This document shows positions 10,353 to 16,726 of a stretch of DNA of 64,000 nucleotides, piece by piece. Under the pieces are notes generated by a model. It was not told the origin of the DNA, ran no database searches, and worked only from the letters and a program-made list of their open reading frames with translations. The position numbers and the translations under genes are program-made. The stretch covers positions 46,378 through 110,377 of the forward strand of contig JBJMMD010000010.1 of NCBI GenBank assembly GCA_045804965.1, given 5' to 3'. Position 1 is the first letter of the stretch; each line of letters begins with the position of its first letter. The DNA is from Thermomicrobiales bacterium (lineage in GTDB: Bacteria; Chloroflexota; Chloroflexia; Thermomicrobiales; UBA6265).

Positions 10353-11687
10353 TTAGGACGTCGGTGTGCCCTCCGACGGGCTGGTCTTCATCCCCTCCTG
10401 CCACGCCGCCTGCAACTCAGCCGCGACTTGTTCGGGCGTTTTTTGGCCGGAGATGATCGCTTGGAAGCCATTGGTCATCGCGTCGTTGAACTGCGGCGGA
10501 GCGAGCACGTCGACGTTGTAGCCGAATTTCGTCTTCGCGTTCGGACCGATTCCGGTCTGCAACACGTCGAGGATCGACTTGTAGAGTGGTGAAACATTCA
10601 GGCTGGTCGTGTCGAGCTGGACCGGGACGAAGAAGTGCGCTTCCTCAGTCCAGCGCTTGACGATGTCGGGCGAGAAGAGGTAGTCGAGGAGCTGTCCGGC
10701 TTCAGTCTGGTGCTGGCTCTTGGCCGAAATGTAGTACGCCGAGCCGACCCCGGAGATCCAATACTGCCCCTTCGCCCCATCAATTGTCGGAAATGGGGTG
10801 AACTGGACATCCTGCCCTTCCATGTTCGTCTGAATGTCGTTAATGAGCCAACTCCCCGTCGTGTTCAATATTGACTGCCCCGAGAAGAAGAGGGAGTTGC
10901 CGTCGTCGTACATCAGCGCGTTCACATCTTTGGTGTAGCAGCCGGCATCCTTGAGGTCGACGAAGTAGGTCTTGATCGCCTTCACGATCTCGGGCGTGTT
11001 CCAATTGCCTTTGCTTTGATAGAGCAGCGCCTTCATCGCGTCGGGGCCGATCATGTCGTTGGCCGCCATCGAGAATTGGTGAAAGGCCTGCCAGCCGGGA
11101 TTGTCACTGAAAGCGATCGGCGGATCGTAGCCCTTGTCCTTCGCCTGGCCGCAGAGCGTCTTCAGGTCGTCAACCGTTTTGGGGGCTTGCCAGCCCTCTT
11201 TATCGAGCAGAGTGTTGTTGTAATACATCCCAATCAGGTCGACCTGCAGCGGCAATCCGTAGATCTTCCCGTTCAGCGAGGTCGCTTCGAGGGACTGGCC
11301 GGCGATCTTGTCCTTCCAGCCGTACTGGTCCGCCATCTGATCCAGTGGCGACAGCAATCCCGCATTCGCGAGCACGCCCGCATACCCTGGACCGGCATCG
11401 TAGAAGATGATGTCGGGACCGGTGCCGGAGGCGAGGGCGGTATTCACCGTTTGCCGCATCTGATCGCTCGAGACCACCTCTCGCTTGATCGTGATGTTCG
11501 GATGCTGGTCGGTAAACGATTTGTAGATAGCATCGGCCGCTTTGCTCGAAGTCTCTTCCGTGAATTGGTCCCAGATCCGCAGCTCGACCTTCTGGTCCTG
11601 AGCGCGACCAATACTCGGCACGGCGCCGAGGACAAGCAGCATCGTGACGAGCATAACGGGAATAGACCAACGGTGGGATCGTAACAC
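10353..11687 (-). CDS. ABC transporter extracellular solute-binding protein (family 1, sugar type)
   Basis: Signal/anchor MLVTMLLVLGAVPSIGRAQ followed by a typical SBP body. Start set to GTG 11687 behind a G-rich RBS (GGGGGAG); the track ORF runs to 11786. Confidence 0.85.
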   Translation of the reverse strand: MLRSHRWSIPVMLVTMLLVLGAVPSIGRAQDQKVELRIWDQFTEETSSKAADAIYKSFTDQHPNITIKREVVSSDQMRQTVNTALASGTGPDIIFYDAGPGYAGVLANAGLLSPLDQMADQYGWKDKIAGQSLEATSLNGKIYGLPLQVDLIGMYYNNTLLDKEGWQAPKTVDDLKTLCGQAKDKGYDPPIAFSDNPGWQAFHQFSMAANDMIGPDAMKALLYQSKGNWNTPEIVKAIKTYFVDLKDAGCYTKDVNALMYDDGNSLFFSGQSILNTTGSWLINDIQTNMEGQDVQFTPFPTIDGAKGQYWISGVGSAYYISAKSQHQTEAGQLLDYLFSPDIVKRWTEEAHFFVPVQLDTTSLNVSPLYKSILDVLQTGIGPNAKTKFGYNVDVLAPPQFNDAMTNGFQAIISGQKTPEQVAAELQAAWQEGMKTSPSEGTPTS

Positions 11688-11756
11688 AATCTCCCCCTCT
11701 CCCCGGCGCAGAGGGCCAGGCAGTCGGCGAACGACGTGGTCGGATATGTCATCGAT

Positions 11757-11770
11757 GACAGAGCGGGATC
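11757..11770. promoter_or_regulatory. candidate LacI-family operator (perfect 14-bp palindrome TGTCATCGATGACA)
   Basis: Perfect palindrome about 70 nt upstream of the SBP gene start. It fits the LacI-family TGnnAnCGnTnnCA operator pattern. The cognate LacI gene sits in the same gene string. Confidence 0.45.
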
Positions 11771-11869
11771 GTAGCACCGCGCACAATTTCGGTCAAGATG
11801 TTTGGTTACACCCGGGAATCAGGTGAATCCCGCGCTCACCGGGTTCAACGAGCCACCCCTCGACCATTG

Positions 11870-13369
11870 CTAACTCCAAACAGAAGCCATCGCCGAGCGA
11901 AATAGTGGGCTCTGACAAAGGCAGCCCGATTCTGATGGCGTCGTCGTGATGCGGTTGATCTCTCTCCGCTCGGGACGCCAGAATTGGAATCGGAAGGTGT
12001 TGTGCATCTCTGTCAGCATCGCTTCTGCCTCAGTCACGCCTCGCTTGAGGTACTCGGCCGCCAAGAGAACACCGGCCAGTGTTGAGACGAAGCCGACCGA
12101 CCATTCGGCGTCTTCGGCGACGTCGGCAAAACGTTGGAGGGTGGTACCCGAGATCGTCCCGCAATGGGTGACCGGGTCGATCAAGTAAGTATCAAGCGCA
12201 GCAGGCTCAACTCCGTGCGCTGCTGCCTTCTTCGCGCGTTCGCTTGATTCGAGATGGCGAAGCCCCTCAATCACGCTCGCATCAGGCAGCACCGCCTCGG
12301 GGCGGTTGCGACACCGCAGGCAGGGGCCGCCGGCTAACACGTCGTAGAGGTTCACCTGCGCCCGCATTTCGTTGGTCGAGGCACCCAACACAAGCCGCGG
12401 CAGCGCGTCCTGGATCGCGTGTCGAGAGCGGTTGCGGTCCACGGCCGAAATGACCAAATCAAGTCGCGGGGTGCCCTGGAACGCGTACCAATCGTCGAAT
12501 GACGCAGTGACCGGTTGGACGATGATGCTGCGTCCGGTGAACGCATGAGCGGCGGTCGACGCTTTGAGTGTCCCTAGCTGATTAAGACCAAACAAGACGC
12601 ATCGGTTGAGGTTGCTATCCGTTATTCCTTCTTTATCGTGGTCGAGCAGTATGAGCGAAGTAGTGACTTGAGGAAGGGCGTAGAGCACCTGGAACAGACC
12701 GTTTGCCACAGCGCCGGCGCCGACGATCACGGCCGAAGGTGGTATTGCGGCAGGTCGAGGCCCCTCACTTTCTGGAGGGGATGAAGAGACACGAAGGGTC
12801 AGTGCGTCCAACCAAACGTTTTGGGCGCTGCTGGTACTCTCCGGTCGACTCGACCGGATGAACTTGAAGACCTCGCCGGCGGTCAGGCACGCCGCCAGAT
12901 ATGCGCCAATCGGATTATCACTACTTCCCAGCTCACCGGTGATCTCGCTCCCAACATGACCTGCCCAGCCGATCGCCGTCGTCACTAATGCCAGATCGCC
13001 GTTGCCGATAGGACCGGGGCCGATTCGGATGCTGATACGTGTTCGCGGTCGGTCAGACCGCGACAGAACCGCAGGGTTGACCCGCTCGATTCCCGAGCGC
13101 AAACAGTCCGATAAGTCCGCGCAATCGCTCGGCATCAAAGGGCTCAAATGTCGAATCGGCGTTACGCCGGTTGGTATATCGAACTCGATGGTTCCGACTT
13201 CCTCGGTCTGCCGCGCAAGCAGGTTCACGAGCATCCAGGCCAGGTGCTGGCCCACCGTGGTGCCGGACGTAACTGCGTCAAGCGAGATGGTCACGCGCGC
13301 AAGACCGTGTTGCTCTGACAGGCGCCCACCCAGGGTTCCGCGATGCCGTTGAGCGATGTCAACACCCAC
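11870..13369 (-). CDS. bilD: E1-like ubiquitin-activating/ThiF-family adenylyltransferase (BilD-like)
   Basis: Rossmann/adenylation motifs VIVGAGAVANG...LILLDHDKEGITDSNLNRC, AVDRNRSR and GASTNEMRAQV. Cys pairs CLRC and CLC, plus Cys in THCGT. Start set to GTG 13369 (GAGGAAG 6 nt upstream), overlapping the JAB stop by 11 nt; the track ORF runs to 13603. Confidence 0.8.
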   Translation of the reverse strand: MGVDIAQRHRGTLGGRLSEQHGLARVTISLDAVTSGTTVGQHLAWMLVNLLARQTEEVGTIEFDIPTGVTPIRHLSPLMPSDCADLSDCLRSGIERVNPAVLSRSDRPRTRISIRIGPGPIGNGDLALVTTAIGWAGHVGSEITGELGSSDNPIGAYLAACLTAGEVFKFIRSSRPESTSSAQNVWLDALTLRVSSSPPESEGPRPAAIPPSAVIVGAGAVANGLFQVLYALPQVTTSLILLDHDKEGITDSNLNRCVLFGLNQLGTLKASTAAHAFTGRSIIVQPVTASFDDWYAFQGTPRLDLVISAVDRNRSRHAIQDALPRLVLGASTNEMRAQVNLYDVLAGGPCLRCRNRPEAVLPDASVIEGLRHLESSERAKKAAAHGVEPAALDTYLIDPVTHCGTISGTTLQRFADVAEDAEWSVGFVSTLAGVLLAAEYLKRGVTEAEAMLTEMHNTFRFQFWRPERREINRITTTPSESGCLCQSPLFRSAMASVWS

Positions 13370-13931
13370 GGGGTTCTTCCTCTGTCGCCATTTCCCATCG
13401 GAAATCGGCGAACCCGTCGATGATTTGGATTCGCTGAGCAACCTGCGGGTGGTCGAGCCGCTCCCACCGCCCACCGCGGCGCTCGTGCACCCCGATACCG
13501 GCCAACTCGTAATCCAACCCAGCCCCATAGTGCGGCCAGACGAAGGACAGCGCTCCCTCACGGGTACTGTAGGCGTTCTCATCGTCGTAGTAGGAGTGAT
13601 CAACCCCGGAGGAGGGATGGGTGTGCACTTGCGCCAGATTGGTTAGCCCTTGGCGACGCATGTCGGCCGCCAACCGGTGCAGCGACTCTGGAATGACCTG
13701 GTAGTAGCCCCGAGACTGCCGCAGTTGTGGCGCGGCCACCGTCGTCACTACTTGCAGTCCCTGACAAGTGACGCCGAACCAGAAACAGACCGCTTCGACC
13801 TTGGCGCGTCGGTACGGTTGGAAGAACTGGTGCGTGTCGCAAATAACGCTGCGCGGAAGAATGACTCTCCGAACTGGGGACGCAGTGGACGGGCTGTTAC
13901 TTGGTACAGGTGGTCGGTCCCGTGTCGTCAT
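13359..13931 (-). CDS. bilC: JAB/JAMM (MPN+) metalloprotease, deubiquitinase-like (BilC-like)
   Basis: Complete JAMM signature: the upstream Glu in KVEAVCFWFG, and HTHPSSGVDHSYYD, which matches HxHx7Sx2D. Its ATG overlaps the E2 stop (ATGA). Confidence 0.85.
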   Translation of the reverse strand: MTTRDRPPVPSNSPSTASPVRRVILPRSVICDTHQFFQPYRRAKVEAVCFWFGVTCQGLQVVTTVAAPQLRQSRGYYQVIPESLHRLAADMRRQGLTNLAQVHTHPSSGVDHSYYDDENAYSTREGALSFVWPHYGAGLDYELAGIGVHERRGGRWERLDHPQVAQRIQIIDGFADFRWEMATEEEPRGC

Positions 13932-14458
13932 TGACCCTGCCTCGCGTATCGCCCCTGAAAATGCTCGGAATTGAGCGCCTTATAGACCGTGTAGATGCAA
14001 GTACCCAAGGTGTGCTTATCTACACGCCATAGCTGATCGACCGTCGGGCTGTGACCGCTAAAGTAATAACCCAAGCTCATTGAACTGCAGACGAGTTGGG
14101 GGGCGAAAGGATAAGACTCAGGAAAACCTGTGTAGTTGGGGTGAACGGCGCAGTAGGGAGCCTGCAACTGTGGCAGGTGGTGCATGTCGCGCTCAAGGTC
14201 GTACTCCAGCGTATCTGGATTGACGAAGCGGACGTCCGGCGGATGGGCTGGATAGTATCCGCAGTTAAGGCGCAGGGTGAACCGGTCGCGCTCACCGGCG
14301 AAGTAGCGCGCCGGCACGACCGCGATCACGGTCAAGGGACCGTGTCGGCGCAGCTCCCAACCGTAGGCGGCCCCGCGTCGATGCCAGCCCGAGGACTGGA
14401 TGAAGCCATCCACCGCCGCCTCGGCCAGCGCTGGGTGGACCCGGGATGGCAGGTCCAC
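13928..14458 (-). CDS. bilB: E2-like ubiquitin-conjugating (UBC-fold) protein (BilB-like)
   Basis: HPN motif followed by a Cys: AVHPNYTGFPESYPFAPQLVCSSMSLGYY. Upstream PPDVRFVNP-type segment. The GTG start shares 1 nt with the Ubl stop (TAGTG). Confidence 0.75.
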   Translation of the reverse strand: MDLPSRVHPALAEAAVDGFIQSSGWHRRGAAYGWELRRHGPLTVIAVVPARYFAGERDRFTLRLNCGYYPAHPPDVRFVNPDTLEYDLERDMHHLPQLQAPYCAVHPNYTGFPESYPFAPQLVCSSMSLGYYFSGHSPTVDQLWRVDKHTLGTCIYTVYKALNSEHFQGRYARQGQ

Positions 14459-14766
14459 TAAGCGCCCCCCGGTACCACGTCAATGTCGAACTCAAATTCC
14501 AGCTTGCCGTGGTCGCCGGTGACACAGATCCCCTGCGCGGCGAGCGCATGCAGGGAGGAGCCTAAGTGAGGCGTCAAATCGACGCGCGGCTCGGCGTGGC
14601 AGAAGTACTGGTCGCCATCGCGGCGCTGCTCGCCCAACCTGTGGTAGGCCTCGTCGACTACTGCCTGGACCGTACTCTCGGTTTCAGCGTTAAACCGCTT
14701 GTCTTCCGCCGTAGAAGTGTAAAACGCGGTTACGTGGACTTTTCGGTGTTCCTGTTCCTGACTCAT
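14458..14766 (-). CDS. bilA: ubiquitin-like protein, single beta-grasp size, C-terminal GG followed by one Ala (BilA-like pro-form)
   Basis: 102 aa ending ...FEFDIDVVPGGA. First gene of the Ubl-E2-JAB-E1 string. ATG 14766 has GGGAGA 7 nt upstream. Confidence 0.7.
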   Translation of the reverse strand: MSQEQEHRKVHVTAFYTSTAEDKRFNAETESTVQAVVDEAYHRLGEQRRDGDQYFCHAEPRVDLTPHLGSSLHALAAQGICVTGDHGKLEFEFDIDVVPGGA

Positions 14767-14826
14767 GGCGGTGTCTCCCTAGCCGATCTCGCTCGATCAT
14801 TGTGCGCTTCAATGGTGCGCAACTGC

Positions 14827-14856
14827 ACTCTAGCAGCAAGCGCATGGGGATGTCAA
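14827..14856 (-). promoter_or_regulatory. candidate sigma70-type promoter of the Ubl-E2-JAB-E1 operon
   Basis: On the minus strand: TTGACA (14856-14851), an 18-nt spacer, then TAGAGT (14832-14827). This lies about 60 nt upstream of the Ubl ATG. Confidence 0.45.
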
Positions 14857-14868
14857 GCAAGCGCTTGC
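14857..14868. promoter_or_regulatory. candidate operator: perfect 12-bp palindrome GCAAGCGCTTGC
   Basis: It abuts the minus-strand -35 and overlaps the plus-strand -35. The half-site recurs: AGCAAGCGC at 14835-14843 and 14856-14864, and GCGCTT at 14804-14809. Confidence 0.45.
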
Positions 14869-14893
14869 AAACTCCAAGCGATCAGGATATAGT
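14865..14893 (+). promoter_or_regulatory. candidate sigma70-type promoter of the HTH/metallopeptidase pair
   Basis: TTGCAA (14865-14870), a 17-nt spacer, then TATAGT (14888-14893). RBS GGAGGAGG at 14910-14917 and ATG at 14924. Confidence 0.5.
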
Positions 14894-14923
14894 GTCAACC
14901 GAACCAGTTGGAGGAGGAATCCC

Positions 14924-15307
14924 ATGACGACCCCGCAGCCGGCAAGGGACTCAGAGATCGGCAAGCAATTGGAGCAGACGCGCAAAAGCCTGAATTGGTC
15001 GCTACGCGATGCGCAGCGTGAATCCGGAGTGTCAAATAGCTACATCAGCCAGATTGAACGGGGGGACGTTGACCCATCCCCAGAAGTGTTGCGGCGCCTC
15101 GGCCAAGCCTACGGAGTGCCATTCGAAGTCCTGATGGAGGCCGCTGGTTACCTTATCAAGCGCACGGAACTTAAGGAGTCAGGCAAAGTCCCGGCGTTCG
15201 TCTTTAGCGCGGCTGAAAAAATGGACGAGCGCGATTGGGAAGCCGCCCAGGCGTTTTTCCAAACGCTCCTCAAGATCCGTAAGAAGGATGGAGACCAGAC
15301 ACCATGA
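14924..15307 (+). CDS. XRE-family helix-turn-helix transcriptional regulator (CapH/ImmR/DdrO-like repressor candidate)
   Basis: HTH_XRE core SLRDAQRESGVSNSYISQIERGDVDPSPEVLRRLGQAYGV, with a roughly 50-aa C-terminal tail. Strong RBS. Confidence 0.85.
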   Translation: MTTPQPARDSEIGKQLEQTRKSLNWSLRDAQRESGVSNSYISQIERGDVDPSPEVLRRLGQAYGVPFEVLMEAAGYLIKRTELKESGKVPAFVFSAAEKMDERDWEAAQAFFQTLLKIRKKDGDQTP

Positions 15308-15325
15308 GCGACTCGGGGTAAGCGG

Positions 15326-16159
15326 ATGTCACTGCTGACCACCGACTCCTCGACGGTGCAGGAGGGCGCCTTGCTCTTCCTTGCCCACCTCGGTATCGCC
15401 GAGCCGCCGATTACTGTGGAGCGGGTGCTTGAAGGGCTCGGCGTCGAGTCTCACCCTTTGCCGACCTTTGACATCGACCGGCTGACTCCCGAGCAACTCA
15501 AGCACTATCACGCGCTCAAGCCCGTACGCGGCCTGCTCAGTCCGGCCGAGCAGCGCATCTACTTCAGCGACGAACTCTCCACCAGGCAATATCCATGGCT
15601 CATCTATCACGAATCCGGGCATGTCCTGATCGATTGGCATCGGGAAGCTCTCTATGTGGACAATGACTACCGTCTCAGTCAGCGGGCGATTGACCAAATG
15701 GAGAAGGAGGCCAACGAATTCGCGGGGCATTTGCAGTTCTTAGGGACTCGATTCGCCGACGAGTCGCGTTCCATGCCATTCGGGCTCGGCACGGCGGTGG
15801 ACCTAGCTGACCTCTTCGTTGCCACCTACGAGTCAGCAATCCGTCACTACGTTGAGACGCGCGAGGAGAATTGCATCTGTCTTGTGTGTCGCGTCATTCC
15901 AGCGGCAGAAGGAGCACGCACACTCCGCTTCCAGTACTTCATCAAGCCGAAGCCATCGCGCGGTTTCTGGAACTTTGAGTTCAAATCCGGGCACGTATTC
16001 CCCCTCGACGACGAGGTGGTGCAGTTGCTCAACCAGGGTGTACTGGATGGGGCCTCACCACACAACGGTACCTACTACAGCCAAGATTCTAAGCAGGCCT
16101 ATCAACGCCAGGTGTTTTGCAACGGTCACAGCGTCTTCGTCTTGGTTAGCACCATCTGA
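15326..16159 (+). CDS. ImmA/IrrE-family zinc metallopeptidase (CapP-like)
   Basis: HExxH in LIYHESGHVLIDWH, and downstream MEKEANEFAGHLQF (the E..AN.FA motif of the ImmA/IrrE family). It starts 19 nt after the HTH gene. Confidence 0.8.
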   Translation: MSLLTTDSSTVQEGALLFLAHLGIAEPPITVERVLEGLGVESHPLPTFDIDRLTPEQLKHYHALKPVRGLLSPAEQRIYFSDELSTRQYPWLIYHESGHVLIDWHREALYVDNDYRLSQRAIDQMEKEANEFAGHLQFLGTRFADESRSMPFGLGTAVDLADLFVATYESAIRHYVETREENCICLVCRVIPAAEGARTLRFQYFIKPKPSRGFWNFEFKSGHVFPLDDEVVQLLNQGVLDGASPHNGTYYSQDSKQAYQRQVFCNGHSVFVLVSTI

Positions 16160-16665
16160 GATTTTCGAACGCCTCCGAGACGCTGGTGAACTTTGAGGAT
16201 TTAGTTGAAGTCTTCAGACGAGACGGCTGCGATACCGTGTCCATAGATGCCCAGGACCAGCGCAATGCTCCGCTTACTTCGCCACAGTTGCGAATCAACA
16301 GACGGGACCAAGAAGAGGGTGTCTCCTTCGAGCGCATTGGTGAACCATTGCGGCCCACGCTTGTACGGCAAGACTCTGTCAGCCAGGCCATGATCGAATA
16401 TGTCTCTTCTCCAATTCGACGGTTCGGGCCGTCACACCCCGCTCACACGTGACAGTCTAGACGTGCAATACAGCCCCGCTCTTGTGGCTCGCCTTCTCGG
16501 CGGTGAACGGATTCTGCCACGCCGTCGAGTCAATCCCCGACTTACGCCCGTTCACCAATTCGCGTACGATCCGTGATCGCCGCCCAGGAGAAGCCGTCGC
16601 CATTGAAGCCGGGGGCCGGCGCCAAACCGAGCAGCGAACGCCGCCTCGCCGCGGCTGGAGTGGTC

Positions 16666-16679
16666 AGAATATTTGTTCT
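16666..16679. promoter_or_regulatory. SOS-box-like (Cheo-type GAAC-N4-GTTC) site AGAATATTTGTTCT, adjoining a TATAAT -10
   Basis: One mismatch to the AGAAC-N4-GTTCT palindrome. TATAAT lies at 16679-16684, about 45 nt upstream of the SRAP ATG. Confidence 0.35.
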
Positions 16680-16726
16680 ATAATTCTCTCGGAAATCCCT
16701 GCGCCGTCAGGGATCAGGAGGACGCT

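Noticed and set aside
13370-13603. In-frame upstream extension of the E1 ORF overlapping 245 nt of the JAB gene
   Set aside because: The extension (MITPTTTMRTPTVPVRERCPSSG...) is low-complexity and would overlap the well-supported JAB coding frame. GTG 13369 has a GAGGAAG RBS and gives a coupled junction like the other two.
11870-14766. Alternative classification of the Ubl/E2/JAB/E1 genes as type II CBASS accessory genes, or as a Bub (oxyester-type) operon
   Set aside because: There is no CD-NTase/cyclase or effector gene anywhere nearby, and E2 and E1 are separate proteins, so this is not a Cap2 fusion. The protease is a JAMM enzyme and the E2 carries HPN...Cys, rather than the Ser-based chemistry and serine protease reported for Bub operons.
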